This document shows positions 31,562 to 41,101 of a stretch of 64,000 bases of DNA, in pieces; position 1 is the stretch's first letter; every line of letters starts with the position of its first letter. This DNA is from Gemmatimonadaceae bacterium (GTDB lineage Bacteria; Gemmatimonadota; Gemmatimonadetes; Gemmatimonadales; Gemmatimonadaceae): the NCBI GenBank assembly GCA_040901985.1, contig JBBDYC010000019.1, forward strand, positions 143,770 through 207,769, written 5' to 3'. The translations under genes and the position numbers were made by a program. The notes under the pieces were generated by a model. The model made no database searches. It was not told the DNA's origin and saw only the letters and a program-made list of their open reading frames with translations.

Positions 31562-32287
31562 TCAACGGGGCCGCGCCGCGTCCATCGCCGTGCGCATCGC
31601 GCGCACGGCCGCCTCGAGTCCGACGAAGACTGCATGACTGACGATCGAGTGGCCGATGTTCAACTCCTCGCACTCGGGAATCGCCGCCACCGGGCCGACG
31701 TTCTCGAGGGTCAGGCCGTGCCCGGCGTGGACGGCGAGGCCGAGCGCCTTGGCCTGGCGAGCAGCGTCCCGCAACGCCCTGAGCGCGCCGGGAATCCTCG
31801 GGAGGTGGCAGTAGCGGCCGGTGTGGAGCTCGATTGCGGGGACGCCAAGCGCGGCGGCGCGGGCCACCTGGTCGGCGTCGGCATCTATGAAGAGGGAGAC
31901 GCGGATTCCGGCGGCGGCGAGGGGGGCGATTGTCGCGGCCAGGCGCGCCGGATCGGCCGCGAGGTCGAGCCCACCTTCGGTCGTCACCTCTTCGCGCCGT
32001 TCCGGGACCAGGGTCACCTGGTGCGGCCGGAGGCGGAGCGCGATCGCGGTCATCTCCGCGGTCGCCGCCATCTCGAGATTGAGTGGCGTGCGGATGGCCG
32101 GACCGAGTGCCATCACGTCGGCGTCCTGGATGTGCCGGCGATCCTCGCGCAGGTGCACCGTGATGCCATCCGCGCCGGCGGCCTCGCAGCGAAGCGCCGC
32201 GGCGACGGGGTCGGGGTACGTGGCTCGACGGGCCTGCCGCAACGTCGCGACGTGGTCAATGTTGATGTACAGGCGTTGGCGGGTCAT
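31562..32287 (-). CDS. pdxJ: Pyridoxine 5'-phosphate synthase
   Basis: [43 protein letters not shown]. Confidence 0.96.
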   Translation of the reverse strand: MTRQRLYINIDHVATLRQARRATYPDPVAAALRCEAAGADGITVHLREDRRHIQDADVMALGPAIRTPLNLEMAATAEMTAIALRLRPHQVTLVPERREEVTTEGGLDLAADPARLAATIAPLAAAGIRVSLFIDADADQVARAAALGVPAIELHTGRYCHLPRIPGALRALRDAARQAKALGLAVHAGHGLTLENVGPVAAIPECEELNIGHSIVSHAVFVGLEAAVRAMRTAMDAARPR

Positions 32288-32343
32288 CTTTGCAGGGACA
32301 CCCTTGGCCTCGGAGTGAACTGGTGAGACGTGGATTGCGGTGG

Positions 32344-32790
32344 ATGGGAGTGGCGATGGTCGCGCTGGCCGGATGCCGGGCGCCCAGCACCGGCGTCCCG
32401 CCGGGTGCCGAGAGCTCGGAACAGGCGGTGGCGCAGTTCCTCAGCGGGGCCCGGAGCGAGGACTTGCAGGCGATCTCGGCGGTCTGGGGCAACGACCTGG
32501 CGCCGGCTCGCGAACGGATGGACCGGCGGGAGCTGGAGCAGCGGCTCCTGATCTTCACGCGATGCCTCAGGCACGACGCGTCGCTCGTCGGCGTGGCGCG
32601 CCGGGGCGAGAACGGACGCACCGTGCACGACGTCGAGATGACCCAGGGCGCGAAGAAAGCCACGGTGGCGTTCAAGACGATCCGCAACGTCCGGTCGGGC
32701 CGGTGGTACGTCGAGGAATTTGACCTGGAGGCGGCGCGCCCGTTCTGCGCGCGGTCGTCGGGTGGCGGACACGGGCTTAGTATTCGCTGA
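32344..32790 (+). CDS. Hypothetical lipoprotein
   Basis: Lipobox LAGC after hydrophobic stretch; start uncertain. Confidence 0.6.
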   Translation: MGVAMVALAGCRAPSTGVPPGAESSEQAVAQFLSGARSEDLQAISAVWGNDLAPARERMDRRELEQRLLIFTRCLRHDASLVGVARRGENGRTVHDVEMTQGAKKATVAFKTIRNVRSGRWYVEEFDLEAARPFCARSSGGGHGLSIR

Positions 32791-33187
32791 GTTCGATGAG
32801 CACCCCAGCCGTGGATCTGGGGTGCAGGAAGGCGATCCGTTTTCCCTCGGCGCCACGCCGGGGCTGCTGGTCGATCAACTGGATCCCGGCGGCGCGGCAA
32901 CGCTCGAGGGTGCGGTCGAGGTCGTCCACGGCGAAACAAATGTGATGGATGCCGGGGCCGCGCCTTTCGAGGAACTTTCCGATTGGGGAAGCGGATTCAT
33001 TGGGTTCGAGGAGTTCGACCAGCGGGCCGCCGGCGTCGAGGCCGGCAATCCGGGCGCCGTCGGCGTCGTCGAGGGGCGTCTCCGCGAGGCCGAGGATATC
33101 ACGATACAAGGGCAGGATCGCCGTGAGGGATTCGACGGCGATGCCGATGTGAGCGATGCGGGTCCTGCGGGGCGAGGGGGCGTGCAT
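32777..33187 (-). CDS. mce: Methylmalonyl-CoA epimerase (VOC fold)
   Basis: HIGIAV, ELLEP..SPIGKFLERRGPGIHHICF, FLHPRST.GVLIEL. Confidence 0.92.
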   Translation of the reverse strand: MHAPSPRRTRIAHIGIAVESLTAILPLYRDILGLAETPLDDADGARIAGLDAGGPLVELLEPNESASPIGKFLERRGPGIHHICFAVDDLDRTLERCRAAGIQLIDQQPRRGAEGKRIAFLHPRSTAGVLIELSEY

Positions 33188-33295
33188 GGACAGGGGTGGC
33201 CTCGGTAGCGTGCGTCGCGCAAGGGGTCGCCGTAACGTTAGCGCGGGTCCGCGGTGCGCGGCACCTCAGGATCCGCTGGAGCCAAGGGAGACGCG

Positions 33296-33622
33296 ATGTC
33301 GAAGACGATGGCGGTGACGGACGATTCGTTCGCGAGCGAGGTGGAACAGCACAGCGGCCTGGCGGTGGTGGACTTCTGGGCGACCTGGTGCGGGCCGTGC
33401 CGGATGATCGCCCCCATCCTCGAGCAGCTCAGCGAGGAGTTCGCCGGACGGGTCAAGGTGACGAAGCTCGACGTGGATGCCAATCAGAAGACGGCGATGC
33501 GCTTCCAGGTGCGGTCGATCCCGACCCTGCTGTTCTTCAAGGACGGGAAGCTGGTGGACCAGGTGATCGGCGCGGTGCCGAAACCGGCGCTCGTGGCGAA
33601 GTTCGAGCAGCACGCGGCTTAG
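33296..33622 (+). CDS. trxA: Thioredoxin
   Basis: DFWATWCGPC, VRSIPTL; SD AAGGGAG. Confidence 0.96.
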   Translation: MSKTMAVTDDSFASEVEQHSGLAVVDFWATWCGPCRMIAPILEQLSEEFAGRVKVTKLDVDANQKTAMRFQVRSIPTLLFFKDGKLVDQVIGAVPKPALVAKFEQHAA

Positions 33623-33638
33623 GGCGGCTCGACGCGCA

Positions 33639-34619
33639 ATGGCGCTGACCCGGGACGCCATTCGATATCCGGCCAAGCGGATCCTGCTCCAACGGACCCG
33701 CTTGGCCTATGTGCATCTGCGCAACCTCCTGACCGATGCCAAGCGCGATCGGGCCGCGCGCGTCTCCGGCTACGTCGCCGTCTGGATGCCCGAGGAACTG
33801 CTGGTGCTGTTTCTCGAGGAGGGCGAGGTCGTCAATGCCACCGCCAGCGCTGATGGCATGCATTTCACGCCGGTGGCGATCAGCGATGCGATCAGCCGGG
33901 TGCCGGCCTCGGCGGAATACGGGAGCGTCTGCTTCCACGAGACGTCGGACCAGCTGCTCGACCTGATGTATGCCAGCCAGACAGGGACGCCCGTGCCCTG
34001 GCCGCGGGAGCTGGTGCCGACGGACACCGACGCCCTGCTCGCCTTTCTGTACGCGACGATGCACGACGGCGCGCTCGAGATCATCACCGACGGCGCCGTG
34101 AACTACGTCGCGGTGAAGGCGGGGAAGCCATCGCAAGGGTACTTCGTGGACCCGCGGCCGGGGGACGTCGCGGTCTCGCTCCGCACACTGCTCGACACAC
34201 GGATCCACGCGCAGGCACCGCTGGTGCGGCTCTGGCCGCCCGCCGAGGCGCTGCCGGCGCAGGCCTCGCCGGCGCTGATCCAGGCCTACCGCGAGCTGAT
34301 CGGCGCGCTCACCGCGCGGCTGCGCGAGTCGGGCAAGGCGGCGGCAGACGACGTGACCGAAGGCGCCCGCCGGTCGCTCGTCGCACGCCACCCGCTGCTC
34401 GACCGCTTCTCGCCGTCGCTACCGACGGTGAAGGATCCGGTGACCGACGCGCAGGCGCTGACGAAGGCGATCGCGGCGTGGATCGGCGACATCCTCTGGG
34501 CCGCGGCGCCGGAGGGGACCACGCCGGAGGATCTCCTGCGCGCGCTGACCGCCTCGCGCCGACACGTCTTCCAGTCCGCGGGGCTCTACGATGCGCTCCC
34601 GTGGAAGGTGCACTGGTGA
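33639..34619 (+). CDS. Conserved-looking hypothetical protein, possibly two DUF4388/PATAN-like domains
   Basis: Coding-like composition, in operon with trxA-rsmI; repeated G-x-V/L...lfl..G.v pattern. Confidence 0.6.
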   Translation: MALTRDAIRYPAKRILLQRTRLAYVHLRNLLTDAKRDRAARVSGYVAVWMPEELLVLFLEEGEVVNATASADGMHFTPVAISDAISRVPASAEYGSVCFHETSDQLLDLMYASQTGTPVPWPRELVPTDTDALLAFLYATMHDGALEIITDGAVNYVAVKAGKPSQGYFVDPRPGDVAVSLRTLLDTRIHAQAPLVRLWPPAEALPAQASPALIQAYRELIGALTARLRESGKAAADDVTEGARRSLVARHPLLDRFSPSLPTVKDPVTDAQALTKAIAAWIGDILWAAAPEGTTPEDLLRALTASRRHVFQSAGLYDALPWKVHW

Positions 34620-35455
34620 GCGCCGCTGACGCGGCCAACCGGGGGACCCTCTTTGTCGTCAGCACCCCAATCGGGAACCTCGGGGACCTCAGCCCGCGAG
34701 CGGTGGAGGTGCTCGGCCGGGTCGGGGCAATCCTCGCCGAGGACACGCGGCACTCGCGCGTGCTCTGCGACCGCTACGCCCTCAAGACGCCGCTGATCGC
34801 CCATCACGGGCACAACGAGGCCAAGACGACGCCGGGCCTCGTGGCGCGCCTCCTCGCGGGGGAGTCGCTCGCGCTGATCACCGACGCCGGCACGCCCCTG
34901 GTCTCCGACCCCGGCGCGCGGATCGTGCGCGCGGCGATCGAGGCCGGGGTGACGATCTCGCCGATCCCGGGCGCGTCGGCGCTCCTCGCCGCCCTCGCCG
35001 GCGCCGGCCTGCCGACCGAGCGCTTCACCTTCTACGGCTTCCTTGAGCGCCGCGGCGGCGACCGCTCGCGCGCGATCGCCGAGATCGTCGCGCTCGCCCA
35101 CACGGCGGTGCTCCATGAGGCGCCCGGCCGCGTGGCGGCAACCCTGGCCGATCTCGCGGCGGCCGGCGCCGGGAATCGCGACGCCGTCGTCGCCCGCGAA
35201 TTGACCAAGACGTACGAGGAGTTCCGGCGCGGAACGGTGGCGGACCTCGCTGCCTACTACGGGGCAACGGAACCGCGAGGGGAGATCGTGCTGGTGATCG
35301 CCGGGGCGGCGGACACGCCGCTGGACGAGGACGCCCTGCGCGCGCGCGCCGAGTCGCTGCGCGCGGCCGGCCGTTCGGCACGCGAGATCACGCAGCTCCT
35401 GATGGCCGAGGACGGCGCCCCCCGCAACCTCGCCTACCGTCTGGCGCACGAGTGA
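34616..35455 (+). CDS. rsmI: 16S rRNA C1402 2'-O-methyltransferase
   Basis: LFVVSTPIGNLGD, AEDTRHS, DAGTPLVSDPG, ARELTKTYEE. Confidence 0.95.
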   Translation: MSAADAANRGTLFVVSTPIGNLGDLSPRAVEVLGRVGAILAEDTRHSRVLCDRYALKTPLIAHHGHNEAKTTPGLVARLLAGESLALITDAGTPLVSDPGARIVRAAIEAGVTISPIPGASALLAALAGAGLPTERFTFYGFLERRGGDRSRAIAEIVALAHTAVLHEAPGRVAATLADLAAAGAGNRDAVVARELTKTYEEFRRGTVADLAAYYGATEPRGEIVLVIAGAADTPLDEDALRARAESLRAAGRSAREITQLLMAEDGAPRNLAYRLAHE

Positions 35456-36150
35456 GGCGGCGTGGGCGCGTGACGGGGCTCGGGCTCGCCGCCGCGGCGC
35501 TCGTTGCGGCGGCGCCGGCCCCGCTTGCCGAGCTCTCACCGACCGCAAGCATTACGATCGCCCGCCTCCAGTACGACGGCGACGACTGGTACGCCAACCC
35601 GTCGAGTCTCCCCAACCTGATTCGCGCGGTCCGCGAGCGGACCACGCTCGCCGTCGAACCGAACGAGGTGCGCCTCACGCTGCTCGACGACCGCCTCTGG
35701 GACCAGGCGTTCCTCCACCTGACCGGGCACGGACAGATCCGCCTCGCCGAGCGCGAGGTGGAGCGGCTCCGCACGTATCTGCTGCGCGGCGGGTTCCTCC
35801 ACGCCGACGACAACTACGGGCTCGACGCGCATTTCCGCCGGGAGATCGCGCGCGTCTTCCCGGACCGGGCGCTGGTGGACGTGCCGCTCGACCATCCGAT
35901 CTACCGGATCGTCTATCCGTTCCCCCAGGGCGTGCCGAAGATTCACGAGCACGACGGGAAGCCGCCGCGCGGCCTCGGCATCTTCGTCGGTGAGCGGCTC
36001 GTCGTCTTCTATTCGCACGAGAGCGACCTCGGCAACGGCTGGGAGGATGTCGGGACCTATCCCGACGACCCGCCGGCGCTGCACGAGGCGGCGCTGCGGA
36101 TGGGCGTCAACCTGGTGGCCTATGCCGTCACGAGCGGGGTGGGGCGATGA
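35452..36150 (+). CDS. DUF4159 domain protein (exported)
   Basis: Signal peptide; ARLQY..DWY, LRTYLLRGGFLHADDNYG, DLGNGWED, ALRMGVN. Confidence 0.8.
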   Translation: MRRRGRVTGLGLAAAALVAAAPAPLAELSPTASITIARLQYDGDDWYANPSSLPNLIRAVRERTTLAVEPNEVRLTLLDDRLWDQAFLHLTGHGQIRLAEREVERLRTYLLRGGFLHADDNYGLDAHFRREIARVFPDRALVDVPLDHPIYRIVYPFPQGVPKIHEHDGKPPRGLGIFVGERLVVFYSHESDLGNGWEDVGTYPDDPPALHEAALRMGVNLVAYAVTSGVGR

Positions 36151-39100
36151 CGGTGCTCACGGTGGTGGCGCGAGAGACCCGACGGGTGCGACGGCTGGCC
36201 GGCGTGGCGTACACGCTGGTGCCGGCCCTCGTCGGACTCGGCCTGTTGACCGGCGGCGCTGTCTGGCTGGCCGCCGGCCGGTGGCTCGCCCTGCCGGCCG
36301 TCGTGCCGATCGTGGTCTGGCTCGCCGCCGTCGCGGGCGCGGTCATCGTTGGCCGGTTGGCCTGGCGTCGGCTGCGCGCGCGCGCCACCCCGCCCGCGGT
36401 GGCCGGGGCGATCGAGCGCGAGCAACGGCTCCGGCGCGGCGCGCTGACCGGGCTGCTCGAGGTGGCGGACTCCGGCGGCGCCTTTGCCGACCACGCCGCG
36501 CGCGCCCTCGGCGCGCGGCTTGCCACCGTCGCGACGCGGCCGGCGCCGCGCCAGCGCCGCCGCCTGCGCGGCGTGGCACTCGTCTCGCTGATTGTCTTCG
36601 CACAGGTGCTCACATTGGCGAGCGTGTCGTGGGCCCGACGGCCCGACGGCTGGCGGGCGCTGTTGCACCCGGTGGACGCGTGGCGGGGGACGCTCCTCCC
36701 GGCGCTCCGCGTGACCGAATACCCCGAGCGCGTGGCGCGCGGGGGCGCCGTGCCGCTCGGCGTGCTCGCGCTCGGGCGCTCGCGCGTGGGCGTCCGCTGG
36801 CGCGAGACCGGTGGCGCGTGGCGCGATACCGTGCTCGCGGTGGACGGCCGGGGGCGCGCACGGATGACGATCGCGCCCGCCGACGCCGACCTCGTGGTCG
36901 TCGTCGCCGATGGGCGGACCGAGAGCGACAGCGTCCACGTCCTCGTGGTGGACCGTCCGTTTGTCGGTGAGGTGACGGTCCGTGCGCACTACCCGACCTA
37001 CCTCGCGCGCGCGGCCGAACGGCTGGCGCACGACGAATCCGTGCGGATTCCCGCCGGCACGGCGCTCGAGGTCCACGCCCAGGCGTCGGAAGCGTTATCG
37101 TCGGCACGCCTTGTCGCGGACGCCGGCTCGGTGGCGCTGACCACCGACGGTCAGCGGTTCGGCGGCCGGTTCACGCCGCGCGCGAGCGGAACGTGGCGTT
37201 GGGTAGTGCGCGGGCGAGTGGGCGCGATCGACGACGTGCCGCCGCCGCTGCACATCGAGGTCGTCGCCGATTCGGTCCCGCGCGCCGAGATCCTCGCCCC
37301 GGTCGGCGAGGTCCTCGTGAGCGTGGGCGATGCCGTGCCGCTCGATGCGTTGGCGCAGGACGACCACGGCCTGGTCGGCGTCTGGCTGCGGACGTGGGTG
37401 CGTTCGGCGGCCGGCGTGGACGGCCCGTCGCTCGACGCGCCGGTCGGCACGGCGCGCGAGAACACCTGGGTGGGGACGGCGGTGGTGGAGATGGGCCGCT
37501 TCACCGTGGAATCTGGCGACGCGGTGGTCGCAGTGCTGATTGCCCGCGACGCGGCGCCCGGCCTGCGCGAGGGGCGGAGCGCCGAACTGATCCTCCGGGT
37601 GCCGACCGCCGAGCAGGCGCGCGCCGTGGCGCGCGAGACGGGCGACGCCGCGGTGAGCGCGGCCGAGGCGGCCGCGCGCGCACAGGCGGAGCTCGCCGAG
37701 CGCACGGCGACCGAGGCGCGCACGCGGAGCGACCGCGACCCGGGGCGGTCCGCGGCGTCGCCGACACGGCCCAACGACCCGCTCACCTTCGAGGGCGCCG
37801 AGCGCTCGCGCGACATCGCGGCGCAACAGCGCGAGTTGCAGCAGCGGATCGAGCGGCTGCAGCAGGCGGCCGCCGAGATGGAGGAGCGCCTGCGGCGCGC
37901 GGGAGCGCTGGACGCCGACCTGGCGCAGCAGCTGCGCGACGCGCAGCGGCTGCTGCAGGAGGCGATGACACCGGAGATGGCGGCGTCGCTCCAGGGACTT
38001 GAGGAGGCGACGCAGCAACTGGACGGGAATCGCGCGCGCCAGTCGCTGGCCGAACTGGCGGCGCAGCAGCAGCGCCTCCGTGAGGCACTCGAGAAGAGCG
38101 CCGAGCTGCTGCGGCGCGCGGCGCTCGAGGGCGCGCTGCAGACGACGGCGGACCGCGGACGTGAACTGGCCGCCGACCAGCGCGCCTTCGCCGACAGCGT
38201 CACCGCGGGCACGACCGGCGCCGAACGGGCGGGCGCGCTCGAGCGGGAGACGCGCCAGCTGGAGCGGGCGGTCGAACAGCTGCAGGAACGACTCGAGCAA
38301 GCCGGGGCGCGGCCGGGCGTGGCGGCGGCGGGGCAGGCGGCGGCGGCCGTTGAGCAATCGGCGGCGGAGCTCGCGCAGGCAGCCGGAGATCGTGCCGCGC
38401 CGGCGCGCGCCGCGACCGCGATGGAACGCGCCGCCGAGTCCCTGCAGGACGCCCGGACCCGTCAGGTGACCGAATGGAAGCAGGAGTTGACCGACGCGCT
38501 CGACCGCTCGGTGCAGGAGATGCTGCAGATGGCGCGCGAGCAGGACGGCCTCGCCGAGCGGGCGCGGCAGGATCGCGCGGCACCGTCGTTGCGCGCCGGG
38601 CAGTCGGCGCTCCAGCAGGGGGTGCAGGCGGCGCAGGAACGGCTCACCGAGCAGGCGCGGCGGTCGGCGCTGGTGACGCCGCGGACACAGGAACTCGTCG
38701 AACGCGCGCGCCAGCGCACGGCGCAGGCGACGCGCGAGGCAGCGACCGGCCAGCGCGGGCAGACCGAGCAGGCGATGCGCGAGTCGGCCGACGCGCTCCG
38801 GCAGGCGGCGGCGCAGTTGACGCGCGACCGTGAGCGCGCGGCCTCCGCGCAATCGGCCACCGGAATGCAGGAACTGTTGGAGCAGATGCAGCAGTTGGCG
38901 CAACAGCAGGGGGCGCTGAACAGCCAACTGCAGGGCCTGCTGCCGGGCGGTCAGGCGCGTGCCGGCGATCAGGATGCCGATGCCGCCGCCCGCGAGCAGG
39001 CACGCGCCCTTGCCCGTGCGCAGCGCGAGGTGGCGCGCCAGCTCGAGGAAGTGTCGGGCGCCGATCCCTCCGGTCGTGCGCAGGAGCTCGCCCGCGAGGC

Positions 39101-39410
39101 GCGCGCGCTGGCGCAGGCGATCGACCAAGGTGCGTTCGACCCCGCGCAGGCGGCGCGACAGGAGCGCCTGCTCCGGCGAATGCTCGATGCCGGCCGCGCA
39201 CTGGAGCAGGAACAGCGCGACGAAAGCCAACGGCGCGAGGCACGGGCGGCGCGCGGCACCGATCGGGTGACGCCGGGGAGTGATGTCACCGGGCGCGCCG
39301 CCGAGCGCTACCGCGTGCCGACCTGGGAGGAGCTGCGCGGCCTGAGCGCCGAGGACCGTCGGCTGGTCATCGAGTACTTCCGGCGCCTGAACGCGGAGCC
39401 GCGCCCGTGA
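36147..39410 (+). CDS. DUF4175-like membrane protein with Ig-like region and long Q/E-rich coiled coil
   Basis: N-terminal TMs, beta-rich middle (DDHGL), coiled coil, terminal VIEYFRRL. Confidence 0.7.
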   Translation: MTVLTVVARETRRVRRLAGVAYTLVPALVGLGLLTGGAVWLAAGRWLALPAVVPIVVWLAAVAGAVIVGRLAWRRLRARATPPAVAGAIEREQRLRRGALTGLLEVADSGGAFADHAARALGARLATVATRPAPRQRRRLRGVALVSLIVFAQVLTLASVSWARRPDGWRALLHPVDAWRGTLLPALRVTEYPERVARGGAVPLGVLALGRSRVGVRWRETGGAWRDTVLAVDGRGRARMTIAPADADLVVVVADGRTESDSVHVLVVDRPFVGEVTVRAHYPTYLARAAERLAHDESVRIPAGTALEVHAQASEALSSARLVADAGSVALTTDGQRFGGRFTPRASGTWRWVVRGRVGAIDDVPPPLHIEVVADSVPRAEILAPVGEVLVSVGDAVPLDALAQDDHGLVGVWLRTWVRSAAGVDGPSLDAPVGTARENTWVGTAVVEMGRFTVESGDAVVAVLIARDAAPGLREGRSAELILRVPTAEQARAVARETGDAAVSAAEAAARAQAELAERTATEARTRSDRDPGRSAASPTRPNDPLTFEGAERSRDIAAQQRELQQRIERLQQAAAEMEERLRRAGALDADLAQQLRDAQRLLQEAMTPEMAASLQGLEEATQQLDGNRARQSLAELAAQQQRLREALEKSAELLRRAALEGALQTTADRGRELAADQRAFADSVTAGTTGAERAGALERETRQLERAVEQLQERLEQAGARPGVAAAGQAAAAVEQSAAELAQAAGDRAAPARAATAMERAAESLQDARTRQVTEWKQELTDALDRSVQEMLQMAREQDGLAERARQDRAAPSLRAGQSALQQGVQAAQERLTEQARRSALVTPRTQELVERARQRTAQATREAATGQRGQTEQAMRESADALRQAAAQLTRDRERAASAQSATGMQELLEQMQQLAQQQGALNSQLQGLLPGGQARAGDQDADAAAREQARALARAQREVARQLEEVSGADPSGRAQELAREARALAQAIDQGAFDPAQAARQERLLRRMLDAGRALEQEQRDESQRREARAARGTDRVTPGSDVTGRAAERYRVPTWEELRGLSAEDRRLVIEYFRRLNAEPRP

Positions 39411-41101
39411 GCGCGCCGTCCGCGCCGTGGGTGCTCGGACTGCTGCTGGCGGTCGCCGCGCCGCCGGCGCTCGGCGCCCAGGAGTCGGGCGGCGCCCTCG
39501 TGTCGAAGGCGATCGAGCTGGAGGGCGCGGGGCGGAATCGCGAGGCGGTTGCCGCCTGGCGCGCGGCAATCGCCGGCGGCGCCGTGCTCCCCGGCGTGCT
39601 CGGCCTCGAACGGGTCTTCTCGATGCTCGGCGAGGAGGACTCGGTGCTGGTGGTGATTGACTCGCTGCTCCCGCACTTCCCGCGCGAACCGCAGCTGCGG
39701 TCGGCTCAACTGCGGACGTACGTCGCGTTGGGGCGCGACGCCGAGGCGGCAGCCGCGTTCCGCGCGTGGCGCGACAGTCGGCCGGGAGAGGTCGCGCCGT
39801 ATCGTGACTTTGCGCGCGTGCTCCTGTTCAACAACCGGGCGTCGTCGGCCGACACCGTGCTGCGCGAGGCGGTGGAGACGCTCGGCTCCTCGCGCGTGCT
39901 GCTGCTTGAGCTGGCGCAGCTGCGGGCGGCACTCGGCCGCTGGCGCGACGCCGCCGAGGCGTGGCGCGAGACGATGCGTGACCAGCCGTACTTCGAGGCG
40001 GCGACGGTCTTCTCGCTCTCGCCGGCGCCCGTCGGCGCCCGGGATTCGATCCGCGTCGAACTCCGCGCGCCGGGCACGCCGCTCGGCGCCATCCAGTCGC
40101 TGGCCCTGCTCGAACTCGGGTGGGGCGCGCCGCGCGAGGGATGGCGTGTCCTCGCGCCGTTATGGCCGTCGGATACCGCGATCGCGATCTGGACCGAGTT
40201 CGCTGGCGAGGCGGAGCGCGCACAGGCGTGGTCCACGATGCGCGATGCGCTGCTGGCGGTGCATCGTGCGCGTCCGGGGCTGGCAATCGCACTGCGGACC
40301 GCCGTGGCGGCGCTTCGGGCCAACGATGCGGAAACCGCCCTCGAGCTCGCGCGTACGGCGCGCGAACGCGCCGACACGTCGCTGGTGCGCGCCGAGATCC
40401 TGCCGGTCGAACTCGAGGCGCTCGCGCGGCTCGGCCGGGCGGCCGAGGCGGAGTGGGTCCTGGCGGCGGCCGCGCTCGGGCGGGCCGGGGAGCGCGCCTA
40501 TGCGCGCACGATCGCGTGGGCGTGGATTCGCGCCGGCAATGTCGTGCGGGCCCGTGCGGTGCTTGCTGACGCGCCGCTCGATGCTGAGGACGCGGTGGCC
40601 GGGTGGCTCGCGCTCTTTGACGGCGACCTTGCCGCCGCCCGGCCGGCGCTCCGCTACAGCGAGTCATTCGGCGCCGAGGCGGTGACGGTGCTTGCCTTCC
40701 TCTCGCGGACGCGGGCAACGCGCGCGCCGGCCGCCGGCGCGGCCTTCCTCGCACTGGCGCGCGCGGATTCGGTGGCCTCGGTCCGCGAGTTCCGGCGTGC
40801 GGCGGCCGAGCTCACCGACGCGGCACCGTTGCTCCTGGCGATGGCGGCGCGGATCGAGATCGCGCGCGGGGCCAACGCGTCGGGCATCGCGCTCTGGGAG
40901 CGGGTGGCGACGGCATTTGCCGACGCGCCGGAGGCGCCCGAGGCGCGGCTCGAACTCGGGCGCGCGTTCCGCGCGCAGGGCGACGTGCGCGGCGCGCGCG
41001 CGCAGTTCGAGCAGTTGATCCTCGCCTATCCGTCGAGCGCGCTCGTGCCCCAGGCGCGGCGCGAGCTCGACGCGCTGCCGCCGCTGGCGGACGGACGCTG
41101 A
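39407..41101 (+). CDS. Exported TPR-like protein
   Basis: Signal peptide; helical repeats; C-terminal APEARLELG..LILAYPSSALVPQAR. Confidence 0.75.
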   Translation: MSAPSAPWVLGLLLAVAAPPALGAQESGGALVSKAIELEGAGRNREAVAAWRAAIAGGAVLPGVLGLERVFSMLGEEDSVLVVIDSLLPHFPREPQLRSAQLRTYVALGRDAEAAAAFRAWRDSRPGEVAPYRDFARVLLFNNRASSADTVLREAVETLGSSRVLLLELAQLRAALGRWRDAAEAWRETMRDQPYFEAATVFSLSPAPVGARDSIRVELRAPGTPLGAIQSLALLELGWGAPREGWRVLAPLWPSDTAIAIWTEFAGEAERAQAWSTMRDALLAVHRARPGLAIALRTAVAALRANDAETALELARTARERADTSLVRAEILPVELEALARLGRAAEAEWVLAAAALGRAGERAYARTIAWAWIRAGNVVRARAVLADAPLDAEDAVAGWLALFDGDLAAARPALRYSESFGAEAVTVLAFLSRTRATRAPAAGAAFLALARADSVASVREFRRAAAELTDAAPLLLAMAARIEIARGANASGIALWERVATAFADAPEAPEARLELGRAFRAQGDVRGARAQFEQLILAYPSSALVPQARRELDALPPLADGR

